Below, in pieces: positions 44,270-60,411 of a DNA stretch of 64,000 nt. The first letter of the stretch is position 1, and each line of letters begins with the position of its first letter. The notes under the pieces were generated by a model. That model ran no database searches. It saw only the letters and a list, made by a program, of their open reading frames with translations, and was not told the origin of the DNA. Position numbers and translations under genes: made by a program. The stretch lies in NCBI RefSeq assembly GCF_009914755.1, contig NC_060928.1; one strand, 5' to 3'. Origin of the DNA: the human T2T-CHM13v2.0 reference genome, Homo sapiens.

Positions 44270-46142
44270 TGATGGTGACAATGTCCCATCTGGAGCAGCC
44301 ACTGCGAGGACATCGGCTGTAGCAGGTGTTGAAGGGCATGGCAGGTGCTGCATGCTCTGTGGAGCCACCAGGAGCTAGGGCAGGTGAGGGCCCCACTCCT
44401 AAGTTGGCAGGGCAGGAGCACATGCTCCCGGGCACAGCCATAGCCACCCAGCAGCAGCTCAGACCCTGGCATCCCTGCTCTCTCAGTGGCCTAGGAAGCC
44501 CCCTGCCCCTGCAGGCTTGAAAGTGCCTGCTCCCACTCCCGGGCCTTTCCCCACTTCTGGCACCTGCTCTGGGGTGAGCAAAGTTGTGGCCGAGCCTCGG
44601 CACTGTCGCAACCCAGCTGGGTGTGCACGCACTCAGAGTGGCACTGACACACTAGCCCCCTTCCATCTCAGTCACCTCCAGACTTTGGGCACCAATGAGC
44701 ATGGGAGGGGGCTGGGGCACTGAGGGCAGCTCAGTGTGGACCTGCAGGCACCCATTGTGACAGACAGCCTGGGTGCTGCAATGGCATGTTGATGGCTGCA
44801 GGAAGCAGACAGATTCCTAGGTAGGAAGGGGTAGGTCCCTGGTGAAACCTCTTCTTCAAGCCAGGAATGGCCTGAAGCCTGGGGGCTGGGCTGCCAGTTC
44901 CAGGTGAAGTTAGTGGCCCAGAGTGAGAACTTCATCGGTGACCATTCGTCCAATCAGATGGTGCCTTTTCCAGGCCTGCCTGTGGCCACCCATGGACCAA
45001 TCAGCACACACTTCCTCCATTCTGAGCATATAAAAACCCCAGACTCAGCTAGGCTCACACACTCATTGGGATGATCTGCCTGTGGAAATGGGCTACCCAC
45101 CATGGGTCTCCTCTCCACTGAGAGCTGGACACTAGTCTGGATGACCTGCCTACAGAAAGGGGCTACCCAGTGCGGGTCTCCTCTCTGCTGAGAGCTGGAT
45201 GCTCATTGGAATGACCTGCCTGTGTAAAGGAGCTACCCACTGTGGGTCTCCTCTCTGTTGAGAGCTGGACACTCATTGGGACAACCTGCCTGCATAAAGG
45301 AGCTACCCACTGTGGGTCTCCTCTCTGTTGAGAGGTGGACACTCATTGAGACAACCTGCCTGTGTAAAGGAGCTACCCACTGCAGAGTCTCCTCTCCACT
45401 GAGATCTGGACACTCATCAGGGCAACCTGCCTGCAGAAATAAGCTACCCACTTCAGGTCTCCTGAGAGCTGTTCTGTTGCTCAGTGAAAATCCTCTCCAC
45501 CTTGCTCACCCTCCAGTTGTCTGCATACCTCATTCTTCCTGGACGTGGGACAAGAACTTGGGACCTGCTGAATGGTGGAACTGAAAGAGCTGTAACAAAA
45601 ACAGGCTGAAACATACCCCCCTGCCCACTTCTCACCATGTTGCAGGTGATGAGAAGGAGAGAAGGGCTGCAGCCCTTCAGGGAGCCCAGACCTAGGGGCT
45701 CCCCAAGCCAGGGCAGTGACACCTCTTTGGGGCTCTGTGGTTCCTGGAATCTCTAAGCTTCCAGGTGCCACTGCATTCCCGTTGTCCAGATGCGAGTGCC
45801 CTCAATGGAAGCCACTCATGTTACATCTGATCCAGCCGCAGCCTTTCATAGAGCCAGCATCTGTGCTGGTGCCTCTTGCTGCCTGCCCCACTGCAGCAGC
45901 TGGCATGCCTGGCTATGTGCAGTGGCCGGACCTTGCGCTTGCTCGCTCACACACCCCTCACCACTCTGTGCCTGGCTTACCCTTGGCAGGCATGTGATCC
46001 TGGCTGGTAGCTTGGCTGAGCAAAGCCTGCTTGGCCAAGTGGGTGGAATAAGCCCAGGAGGCCTAAACAAAACTTGGGCAAAGGTGTCACTGGCCTCAGA
46101 GGTTTCTGGCTAGAAAAACAATACCTTAAGGATCCTATGACA
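44270..46142 (+). mobile_element. Solo LTR, MER52 family (ERV1), about 1.87 kb
   Basis: TGATGG...CCCATCTGGAGCAGCC start, AAGGATCCTATGACA end; 4-bp TSD CTGC at 44266-44269 and 46143-46146; CCAAT and TATAAAA near 45030. Confidence 0.88.
45060..45470 (+). repeat. About 70-bp tandem repeat (about 6 copies) inside the MER52 LTR
   Basis: Unit CACTCATTGGGA..ACCTGCCTG..AAAGGAGCTACCCACTGTGGGTCTCCTCTCTG.TGAGAGCTGGA. Confidence 0.9.
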
Positions 46143-46219
46143 CTGCCATGGCCTGCTGTGCTTCTGTTCCAGGGGCATATACAGATTCCAGTGATCTGTG
46201 GCACCACAGAAAGCCTACT

Positions 46220-46995
<776 letters not shown>

Positions 46996-47484
46996 CTACT
47001 CTCTTCAGTGTCCCTGTCCCATGACAGATCTTTGTTATAAGCTCCTGAGAAGGCCTCCGATGGGCAGCATGTCCGGCAGTTTCTCCTTCCCTCTGGCCCT
47101 GTGCTGCCTCAGGGACAATGGCCACATCTCTGCAAGAAGCTGTGGCTTGGGAAGAAAGAGTAACCCTTGCTGCCAATTCAAGCCCCTACTATGCAGCAAG
47201 ATGTTGGCCAGGTGCTTTCTGACAAAATACTTTATGCCCTCCTGGCACTATGAGGGAGGTTTTAATACCCCCACTTATCAATGAGAACATGGAGAATTTG
47301 AGTGTTTATAAACTTTTCCCAAGTTTTCATAACTACTAAGTGGCATAAAGATAAAATTCCAAACCAAGTTTACTTAATTCAAAGGAAATAATTAGAAAAA
47401 CCTAAATCTAGACTGGACTGTGAATGATGCCTGTGATCTAGGTTTACATACAAATGGAATTAAAGACATTATACATTTTCCTTT

Positions 47485-47829
<345 letters not shown>

Positions 47830-49018
47830 AACATTTTCCTTTTTCTACAAATATGGGAACAATCCTCTTATTTCACGCACACCTTGGTGACACTCTCAGG
47901 AGGCGACCTAGAGAACCTACTGGCTTAAGGGGATAGAAAGTAGGGACAGTCCTCTGGGGGCAGGTACCCTCATTCTACTCCATGTAGTGACAAGGTCTCC
48001 TTGACATGTCATTTCCCAAGAATTCGCATGCCACACACATTCGCATATTCCCACGCCTACCTGTTGCACAGAAGACTAGCGTTAGCTTTCACTGCTGGGA
48101 GGGTTGCCTTTGAAACATTTTCCCCAAAGTGACCTCTAGCAAAGTCATTCGAATCTCCTGTCTTGGGTTCTTGTCACTCTGCTCCAGGACGGGGGAACGG
48201 CCAAAATTTACTGCACTGAATCCTGACCACCTGGGAAGGAAGAAGAAAATACAGCCTTCTTTAACACCCCAGGCTAATTAAAAAGGAATTGCCATTTGGA
48301 CCTGGGGGAAATAAGTTGAAGGGGAGGTGATTGGTTTTTAGGTAAACTCTGTACTTAAAACACAATCCTTCACTCCCTCTACTTTTTCTTTAGATGAAAA
48401 AGGCATGATTTCATCTTGCCAGATATTTGAGGATATTCAGATCAGGTGAGTCAAAGCCATTTGCAAATGTTATTATCTCTTGTATAAAAGTAGGACAAAA
48501 TGAGAGTATCGTCTTCAAATCTGCAAATGAACCCAGGTCACCCAGATCTTCAGCAGAAATCAATAAACCCATAAACCCGTGACTGCTCATGACAATCAGT
48601 TTCTTTTTTGTTTTAAAACTGGCAGTGGCTTTCACTCTCTTTAAAGCTTTAGTCCTGCACTGGACTTTTTTCCTGATACTTCAGAGATCATCCTGGGAAA
48701 TAAACCTGCCATGCCTTACCTACGGGCAAGGAGTCAGACCCCGGATTCTGACTTCCTGAGAATGATGGAAATTTGGATCCTTGCTGCTCTTCATGGATCT
48801 TATCCTGCCTGCACGCAGCAAGACAATGATCAAATTTTCAGGTGGAACTAGAGCTCCAAGGAGTCTGGCGGCTGGGAAAGGGATGCATCCCACTGGCCCC
48901 AACCCTATTCCAACTCCTTTCCTGGCTCTAACTAATGCCCAGGTTCTGGGATTTGCAACACATACCTCACCCTGTGGCCCCCCAGCCTCTCGGGATGCCC
49001 CTATCTTTTGGCCTGGCC

Positions 49019-49034
49019 TGACCTGGCCTGACCT
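49019..49034 (-). promoter_or_regulatory. Perfect DR4 nuclear-receptor motif
   Basis: TGACCT-GGCC-TGACCT (AGGTCA n4 AGGTCA on the minus strand); motif match only. Confidence 0.4.
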
Positions 49035-49644
49035 GGCCTGGTTCTTCTCTACTACTTTGGGATATTTACGAAGTTTTCCATTCTTACAAGTCTAGCGCTG
49101 CTGCAGATCGTCTGGCTCTCTGGCTACAGCTCGAGAAATGTTCTCACCCACCCACACAACTGCTGGGTGACCTGAATGCACCCAAGTTCAGGTAACATGA
49201 CAGAGATGGAGAGACAATTAGTTAGCTGCAGGTCTATATTAATCAGTCTCTCCAAATGCAGTCAAGGCACAGAGCCAAGGGGAGTTAGCCCTTTTTGATT
49301 GTTTGCATCTGAATTAAAGTAGTCGCTCCTTTCATCAATAGCAATTAATATTTCCTGAGTGCTTCCCAGTAGCATGGCATTGCATTAAGTCTTCCTAGGG
49401 CTTTTCACAACATAGAGGATGTGAAATTTCTGGTCTCGATGAGCATATAATAATAAGCAAGACATGACAATTAATTAGCAAATATTTACAGAGTGTGTAT
49501 TTAGCCTAGCCATTTCGCTGGAAGCTTATACACCACAACTCAATAATCATAGAAGGGACCCTCAAATAGGTGGAGGCTGTCTCCAAAGCCCTGAGCTTCA
49601 CAAAGGCGTGGGAGAGTTTGCTCTCACACTCTGGCCCCAGGCAC

Positions 49645-49845
49645 CGCCAATGGTTTCCAACCATAAGCAGCACCTTCCTCTCAGGGAGTGCCTGGAAATG
49701 TATGGCAGCATTTGTTATCTGCCTTAGGCTACAAACTGGCATTTACTGTGTGCAGTACAGGGATGCTGATGTTCGACAATGTGCCAGACAGTCCTTCACA
49801 ACCGAGAACTTTCCCACGCAAAATGCCTGTAGAACTCCTGTTGAA
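49645..49845. mobile_element. MER20-like hAT-Charlie relic
   Basis: ctggcattta..gggatgctg..tgccagacagtccttcacaac.gagaact..ccc..caaaatg. Confidence 0.55.
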
Positions 49846-50270
49846 AGCTGACAGAGTAAAAGCTATGAAAATATTCAGAGGATTGAGGAGTCCTCTGGCG
49901 ATTTTCCTCTCCCAGAGTTTGAGAAATCCTCTTTTGGAAGGGGAATGACGTTTGGAGGGGTGAGGGCCAGGTTAGCCCAAACTCTCCAGGAGCCTGACTG
50001 CTTCAGGCATCAGAGAGTAAGCCTCAGTGGTCTGTTCTGCTAACAAGTCCAGAAGATCATATTTTTCACTGTTATGGCTGAGTTACCTCTTTTGGAAGAA
50101 GTTAAGCAAGATTCTCAGTTTAGAATATTATTTGGTCCTTGTTTTCAACTCAACAGTCACATCACAGTGTGTCTTTCAGGGTAATGTTTCTTAATAATTG
50201 CGACCAATTAAAAAAAGGAAACAAGGAACATGAAGTATAAACGGACTAGCGCCCTGTAGTAAAATGTTCA

Positions 50271-50710
<440 letters not shown>

Positions 50711-51019
50711 GTGGAACAAGCTGTGGCCAACCCGGGGCAGGCATTCTGAGAGAGTAGCAGGGACGGAAAGGAGAATGACACCCAGCAGAAGCAGAATGTG
50801 GACGAGCAAGCCTGAATCTGCAAGAGGGGGCAGGGCATGTGGGGTAAGGCACCAGCGTTCCAACCCACTTGCAGCAATGCTCTTTGGAACCAGACTGAAG
50901 CGTGGCCTTGGAGAGCGGCATCTGGCTCTGAGGAAGCCACTGACGCCTTCGGGAAGGTGAGCCGTCTTCGTTCACTCACAAGAACAATTAAGGCACAATT
51001 TCTTTTTTAATTAATTAAT

Positions 51020-51309
51020 TAATAATTTTGAGACAGGGTCTCACTCTGTCACCCATGCTGGACTACAGTGGTGCCATCCTGGCTTACTCCAGCCTCAACC
51101 TCCTGGCTCAAGTGATCCTCCTGCCTCAGCCTCTCGAATAGCTGGAACTGCAAGCATGCATCATGACAGTGGCTAATTTTAAATTTTTTTGTAGAGAGCG
51201 AGTTTCCTTATGTTGCCTAGGCTGGCCTCAAATTCCTGGGCTCAAGTGATCCTCCCACCTTGGCTTCTCAAAGTGTTTGGATTACAAGTGTGAGCCATCA
51301 CGCCTGGCC
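51020..51309 (-). mobile_element. Alu (AluJ)
   Basis: Diverged antisense Alu. Confidence 0.9.
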
Positions 51310-51584
51310 TCAGGGGTTTCCTTTATCACTTATTACCACTTCTATTTTCTAAGAGATCCTTTTGTACATACAGCCTAAGACAGCATCAGTCCTTTTTCGC
51401 AGTGGTGATGTTGTGGGCTCATATGTACCCTAAGTAATTACTCACTATTACTCCTTCTTCGAAAGAAGGAGGAAACTACATTGCTGTTTCTTAAACAGCA
51501 GCCTTCCCTGTTAGATATCTGTGGAATATTATTTCTCCCCAGGTGCATTACCTTACATTAACCTATACACTTATGCTAGGATTA

Positions 51585-51756
51585 CATTATGCTAAATCAA
51601 AAGTGCATTTTTTATATAAAATATTTCCAACTTACCATGGGTTTACCTGGATGTAATCTCATGGTAAGTGGAGGAGCTACTGAATGCGTATTGCTTTTGC
51701 ACCACTGTAAAGCTGAAACTCGTAAGTCAAACCATAGTAAATCAGGGACTATCTGT
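51585..51756 (-). mobile_element. MER47/Tigger5-type DNA transposon relic
   Basis: actgaatgcgtattgcttttgcacca..gtaaag..cgtaagtcaaaccatagtaa.tcagggactatctg terminus. Confidence 0.7.
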
Positions 51757-52111
51757 GTTAAATCTAATCTTGTTCACTTCATTTCCTCACTAAATTTGCC
51801 AGATCAAACTACAATTTAATCCCTGTTCTTCTGTCTCCCTCCATCTCTTTCTTCCTTCCTCCTTCCTTCCCTTCCTTCCTTTCTTTTTCTTTGTCTTTTC
51901 TAATTTAGTAGTACAAATCATTTTCCTCTTTCTCGTTAGTAGATAAATTGTGGTGGATAGAGTGTAAACAGTGTTACACTCTATACCTCCCCCTTCCAAG
52001 AGCATTAATAATCAGTGCTTACTGTTGTCAATCTGATTGTCAACAGTTTGCATTTGTCATGAGGGTTGGCAGTAATGGCTGTGGATTTGGCTTTACTGGA
52101 GGGGAATTAGT

Positions 52112-52480
52112 TGTGGAGTCCTGATAAGATAAGTAAGCAACAAAGAGGAAGGGACCCCAGGTGGAGAAGCACCCTAGCTGGGGAAGAACAATGAACAATT
52201 GTTCTAAGAAACAGCTAATCACAACTCCTGGGTACAATGATCTCTTTCTATGGGCACAACGACCTCTTTCTGCAGGTAGCCCCTCCAGTGCGACCCTATA
52301 AAACTTCCCTCCAGCCTCTGCCTCTTTGCAGGCAGCCCCTTCTCTGCCGTGCTGCCTGTTGCTTTCTTGCAACATATTTTCATACTTTCTCTAATAAATC
52401 TGCCTTTCTTTACCTACAACGGTCTTGGTAAATTCCTTCACCACCCTTGCCACTGGCCCCAGCTAGTCCCGCCTGTGACA
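52112..52480 (+). mobile_element. Solo ERVL LTR (LTR47-like)
   Basis: TG...CA ends, TATAAAA near 52297, AATAAA near 52393, 5-bp TSD TTAGT at 52107 and 52481. Confidence 0.85.
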
Positions 52481-53459
52481 TTAGTGTCATCTATTGAACT
52501 CTTAACTGTTGAAGTAATTGTTTTCCTTTGCAGATTGACCTGGCTTTCCTGCTCATAGTTGGCTATTGGACAGTCAGCAACCTTGCACTTCCTTTTCTCT
52601 GTAACGTAGGCATTGATAGGAGGGGACTCGTATCCAATCATACTTGCATGTGCACACTACACTCTTATCCCACCGTTACTTCTCCAGGCTACACCATGAT
52701 GGCAGCTGGGAAGAGCAGCGCTCCATGGTTGGCCACTTGATTCTCGGTCAAGACTCCTGCCTTCTAGTCCCACTTAGTTACAGCTTTGGCTGGCGCAGGA
52801 CGCCCAGCCTCTCTCTATCTTGGTGTTCTCTGTCTGTAAGATGGAGAGCACCTCACAAGATGTGGGGTGTGTGGGAACAAGCCAACATCTGGGGTATTTT
52901 TAAGAGGCTGGGATTTTAAATAGAAATAAATAAATAAGGCTTCAAAAGTCAAATCCTAAAAAAGATCATAACAAGAAGAGATCACCTGTATAACTGGGAT
53001 TGCAGGGCTTGAAGCAGAGAACACAGGATTCAGTAAGTTGGCTCTCAGTTGTATCTTTGAGGTATGACTGGGTCCTCATGCAGCTCAAAAGTTGGGGAAC
53101 TAGGTGTGGGTCCATACACGCGAGTGCAGCCAGCACCATCTCTAGCACCTTTTAGTTTCACATCCTCCCATATTGCACGGATGCATATGACTTTGGAAGA
53201 GATGCTGGGTTCTAGGGATAATCCCAGAATCAGGTAAGTCTGGGCTACACTGAGTATCCAAGTTCATTTTTCAATCATTCATGTCAGAGAAACTGATGAA
53301 ACTCTGTCATTTTCAAAACAGGAAGTGACTTCCCCAGGATCACACAGTTACAACACTTCTAGGTCCAGACCACACGCCAGAGTGCAATTCTGTGTGGTGG
53401 TTAGGAGCACAGGCTTTTGATCTGACAGATCTGGGCTTTAGAACCCTTGGAAAGCAAGC

Positions 53460-54378
<919 letters not shown>

Positions 54379-54819
54379 TCGGCAAATATTTCTTGAGCAC
54401 CTACTATATGCCAGGTACTTGCTATGTGCTGGGTGTGCAACAGCAGACAATATAGGCAAAAGCACCTGCCCTGAGGGAGTAGACAGTGGACAAGTTGTTA
54501 AGAGGGGCAGCAAACCCCAGCAAGAAAATGGACAGAGCATATGAGCAGACAATTCACCTAAGAGAAAAACTGAGCACATAATCAACCCCTGTGTGGTGCT
54601 TCCCCAAGTCTGGCCTTAATTCTGCAATCGGAACCTAGATCCTGTATCAACTGCCCAGCTCCCATTTGGAAGCCCAGCTCCCTCCTATTCACTGCATCAG
54701 ACCTTTGCCAACACTGGCTTCCCTGTCCATACTCTTCAGCCAGGCCTTGCCATCCCTGCCACCCATCTGGGATTCCAGGCTCCCTGGAATGGTTTGGGAT
54801 CCCGGCTCCTCCATGTAAG

Positions 54820-54970
54820 ACCTGCATGACCTTGGGCAGGTCACTTACCCTCTCTGTGCCTCTGTTTCCTCACCTATGGATTGTCAATTAAAGTAGTACC
54901 CCTCTCTTAGGGGTGAGGACCAAAGTCCTCAGGACAGCACCTGGGCAGAGAGGCAGCTCTCAATAAACAG
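54820..54970 (+). mobile_element. MIR
   Basis: tgaccttgggcaggtcacttaccctctctgtgcctctgtttcctcacct core. Confidence 0.8.
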
Positions 54971-56604
54971 CCGTAATTATGGCTCTCCTTTCAAGGTGGC
55001 CCAGAGCCGGGTCTACCGAGGGGCAGCTGTGCTGGGACTGGAGGAAAAACCCACTCCCCACAGGCCAGCGGGAGAGCTGCCTCGGTGCAGGACTGGCCCT
55101 GCGTCAAAGGTTTACAGCAACTGCCCTCACCCTCATGGCAGTCAATCTCTCCTCTGAGCCGACTCCGGGGGCGCAAGGCTGGGGAGAACTCAGGATCAGG
55201 AAACTCTCACTTCTCGTTGTTCTTATGGACATGTTGTGGGTCTTTATTTGTGACATCCAAACGCACTGCATTGCAGGACTTCCCGCTGACGCTTCATGAG
55301 CTCACCTGGTATGGTTCACCAAGTCCTAATAAACTCCTACCTGGCCTGTCTCTTGAGCCAATGCGAAGCAATGGAAAAAGACCGGAAAAAAGGTCTCCTT
55401 GAACCCCCAAATAATTAATGAAAACTAAGAAATCTTGCTAGCATTCCTCCCCTGATCTTGTCTAAAACAAGCCCTACCCTATAACATGTTTATTCTTCTG
55501 CCTGGGCTTCTTCAGGTATCCCCCCGGGGAAATGCTACAATCCTGGGGTTGTATTTCAACGTGGCTCAGTCCTGCCTTGGCAGTGGTACAAGATAGCAAA
55601 ACTACTGTTCTCCAAGGTAAGAGGGAGATTTAGGGTTCGTATTCCAAGTGGCTGATGTGAAATTTCAGGGTCTCTTGGATTCTTGGCTTGGGAGCAAGGC
55701 CGTGAATAACTAAGACTTTCAAAATGTCTTTATTCTCCCTGCTCCCTTACAAAGCACCTTAGGAAGGAGAAAGTGCCACATGGAGAATTCCATAGTGGAA
55801 CTCTAATGCTGTCCTCGTTCACAAAACCAAGATATATTTCAATACAACAATACAAACATAGCTCTTGGCCATAAAGATGGAATTTTCAAAAGCATAGACG
55901 ATGCTCAAATTTTTATTTTCAAATTTGAAAGTTCCTTTTCCTAACTTCGACCCTCCAGATTTGCATGTAGGAATATTATAGTTCATCAAAAATTCATATT
56001 CCAGTACATTAATACAGTGGTGAAACATAGGAGAGAGAACATGTATATAGCATGAGTATGCAAATTAATAGGCATGCAGCTTTGAAAAGGAGATCCTGTT
56101 AGAGATTTAATTTTAACTGTAGCAGCACCTGGTTTCACCTTTGTTTTTCCTTAACCCATGTTCTCTTTTATAATCCACAATTAAATAAAGCATTTACATA
56201 AGGATATTTTTACCTGGCAAAAAAAATAGCTAGAGAATTACTGGCTGAATAAAATCTCCCAACGATAAGCAACAGGCCAGTTACATAAATGAATGAACAG
56301 GCAGTATAGGCAACAGGACCAGTAGAGCCTGTAAACTGAAGATAAGCTTCGGGGGGCAGCAGCCACTCAGCCCGCACCTGCCAATTTTTGCCATTCAGGC
56401 TGGGGGTGCAGTGACGCAAGATCTTCCGATTTTTCAAGAGAAGTCAGACATCCTGATGTTTATGAGAAATGTCCAAAATTTTTAATTTGGAAATCCATGC
56501 AAAAATCAAAACAAAACATGGTACAAACAAACAAACACATCTCTAGTCTGGTAACATATTTTATGAGTTCCCAGGTAGCAAGCTCTGTAGTAAGGGGCAG
56601 GTGT

Positions 56605-56922
<318 letters not shown>

Positions 56923-58187
56923 TGTTTTCAGTTATTTTGAATGCTATTTGAGTTTCATAGCAAAAGGAAAATTCTCATAAAATGTTGAATTTGAAGATAC
57001 AAATGTATTTAAGAAAATAACATTGATAGCTTAAAGTGGAGATTTTTATCTAAATGAGAACTATCACTGGAAACTGTGATGACACATAGAGGAAGTATAG
57101 AATGTTCTAGTACCTTCTGAGTCAGGCTAGCTGCATGGGCAGGCTAGCACAGTGTCTTGATTGAGGGTTTTTCATGATGCCATATCACAGACCTATGAGA
57201 AGATGGGTTTCAAAGGACAAGTCATAGGTAACCTGTAAACAAGTAGTTAAATCCACTTTGGCACTGAAAGTTCCTTGAAGCACAGGTTAAATTTGTTCTG
57301 GGTAAATTGCTTCAGATTGAAGAAGCTGACACTTCCCACTTCCTTCCTGTTTCTGTTTCCACTTTCTGTGTCCTAACTTTCTTCCTCCAGATCAGTTAGT
57401 TCTTTCCTCCTCCTGGACTGGTTTCATCATATCTATCATACAGACAATTCTTCTTGATTAATTAAGATAATCGTTTTGGTTTGGTTCTGAAATGCATTAT
57501 CCCACCTTCTTAGTTATTTACAATATTTTCCTTAGGCTAATGTTAAAATTGGTCTGAGGAAACTATGCCACCCCGTTCTCCCACCCAGCCATGCCTTTCT
57601 CCTGCTACAGAAACTCCCATGCACAGAGACAAGGACAGCCACTATCTGGAAGTGCCGGGAGCCATGTTGGGATTTATGACAGGTGCTACACCTATTCTGG
57701 GGGCTGACGATGGAATGCACTTCTGGTCTGCTCTGCCTTAATTTGTTTTTCTAGACGTGTTCAACAGCTGGACAAGATCCCTATGATCAATTAGGTGCTG
57801 TGCCCTTGAAACAAACACTCACACAAACAGCTGGAGAATCCCTGCAGTCTCACACTCCCCATGGCAGTCCCTAAGAAGCTCGGCTTTCCCATGACCAGAC
57901 ATCTAGAAACAGAATGAGTGAGGCAGGGGAGGCGTACGGTATAAGAAGTGGAAGGAAGATTCTAAATGTAAAGAAAAGAGAGACCCCAAGGTCAGGCACT
58001 GTATTTGGTCCTGGAGATACAAAGATCCATATAGTGAGATATCTTACTAAGATCATAAAATAAATAAGATGTGGGATCTTAGAGTCTAGGAAATGGAACA
58101 GACAAGTAACTCAATAACTACCAATTTAGTATAATAATAGTAATAGAATGTACAGGCCTCAGAGGATGTGCAGAGAAGCAAGAGTGA

Positions 58188-58409
<222 letters not shown>

Positions 58410-59049
58410 TGAGAGAAGAGTCGACTAGAAAGATTCAGCGGGGCAGGATGCTCTGGGCGCGATGGAGATGGGCATATACAACCTAATAAAGAAGACAGGA
58501 ACGACCGCCTCCTGCCCTCTAATAAAGACATGCGGCCTGTTTCCAGCCATAACATATAGGTGTGTCTGCTTAGTGGACACTGAAATGAAGAGCAGGCTCA
58601 GAGCCAAGCATGTTAGACTGGGGCGTTCAGGAAAGAGCAGAGAAGTTTGCTGCTCAGTAAAGAGGGGAGAGGGGGACCCCAGGCCGCTGTGAAGGCTCTG
58701 GAGGAGGCAGAACTTGCAGGCGCCCTTGGGTTCTCCGAGGGGGCTTGGCAGCCACGGGGACCAGGGAGGCGTGAGAAATGAGGGTAGTTAGGGTAATTAG
58801 GGCAGGGCCCCCTGAAGGAGAGCCTTCCAGCCCAGGCTGCCTCGGGAGGATGCACTTTACCATCCGAACCAAGTGGGGAAGAGGAAGAGAGGCGATCAGT
58901 CGCTGCAACAAACCAAGTGCTTCAGGTGGGAGGATTACTTGAGGCCAGGAGTTTGAGACCAGCCTGGCCAACATAGCGAGACCCTGTCTCTCTTTTTTTC
59001 AAAAAGGCAAAATTTAAATTAAAAAAAAAGAAAGAAAGAAAGAAAAAGA

Positions 59050-59830
59050 GGAAGTGCTGGCCGGCACAGCAGAAACCTTGGGGCAACAGTGACCACGTGG
59101 GCAGAGGCTGCGAGTGTCAGCAAAAGAGGACAGGCCGAGAACTGCTGGTTTGCAGACCCCTAACTGGCCCCCGCTGGCCCCCGCAGCTGACTCAGCGCAC
59201 CCTAAACTCGGAGGAAGTGCCAGACGGCCAGGTCCTGGGCAGCCCGGGCGCTCGCTCCGCTCCAGGTCTCCCGAGCAGGGGTGCAGGCCCGAGCACCCGC
59301 ACGTGGCGTGCGCCCCTAGCTCCTCCCGGGGCGGCAGCTCACCAGCCCCCGCCTTAGTGGCTGGCTTCCACCCAGCCAAAGCCAGGAAATGTCTGTCCTT
59401 AAGCCTCGATTTGTTAATTATTTAAGCACTCTGTGTGTGTGTGAGAGAGAGAGCGTGTGTGTTTAATTTCCTTTATTTAAAAAGCACGCCGAGCCCACTG
59501 GGACCGCGGTGCTGAAGAGGCCGCCGGGCCCGGGAGAGACTGCATTCTGAGAACCAGCCCGCAAGCCCCGAAGTCGGAGATCGCAAGGTCCTAGCGGCAA
59601 CAGAGCCTCCTAGCGATGGCAGCGAGCCTCGCCCCGGCTGCGGTGAACCCGCCCCCGCTCACCCCGCCACAGGTCCGGCGTCTCCCGGGTCCGCCGCGGC
59701 CGCGGGCAGAGCTAGGAGGGCTTCTCAGCCCGCGGGGCAACCCTGCTGCGGCTCCATCCAGAACCTCCCGCTGCCAGGCGCCGGGACCGGGGACGCTGGC
59801 CCCCGGATTCAAACCTATCATGGTGCATGA
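59050..59830. promoter_or_regulatory. CpG island-like promoter region
   Basis: Dense CpG and GC boxes; CACGTG near 59094 and 59300; TATTTAAA at 59474. Confidence 0.65.
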
Positions 59831-59835
59831 TAACA

Positions 59836-59934
59836 CATAACATAACATAACATAACATAACATAACATAACATAACATAACATAACATCACAACACCACA
59901 TCACAACACAACACAACACAACACAACATAACAC
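59836..59934. repeat. Compound pentanucleotide microsatellite (CATAA)10 then (CACAA)n
   Basis: Read directly from the sequence. Confidence 0.97.
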
Positions 59935-60120
59935 TGAGCGTTTAGATTCAGCATGTACTCTGGGCCAGGCTCAGCTCTAAGCTGGTGCGGATCACCACGA
60001 TGACCTCTAGAGTCTCCTCTGAGGTGGGTTCTACTGTTAGCCCATCTAACAGATGAGGAAATGCAGATAGAAGTGGTGGAGGAAGTGGCCCAAGCTCAGG
60101 CGGTGGCTAAGTGACTCCAG
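59935..60120 (-). mobile_element. MIR
   Basis: cccatctaacagatgaggaaatg..agaagtgg..aagtggcccaag. Confidence 0.7.
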
Positions 60121-60411
60121 GGCAAGCCCCTCGCCCCCTGTGCTGGAGGAAGCCCGCGCCCAGGCTCTGTCGCTGAGCAGGGCACGCCTTCCACGCAGCA
60201 CCCAAATGCATCGAACACTGTGCACGCGCACGAGAATAAGAAACCGTGACAAAAATACGGGTGCATCAATGTAGAGTAATGAGAAGGCAAAGCTGTTTGT
60301 AAGCACGATACAAAACCCAGAAAACATCAGGGGAAAAAATGGAAAAGCCCGACCAAATACAAAATTTTAAACCTAGGTTGGCTATAAAATAATATACCAC
60401 TGAAGAACTGG

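Noticed and set aside
44203-46113. Cluster of 65-130 aa ORFs
   Set aside because: All lie essentially within the MER52 LTR, with no gag/pol/env similarity
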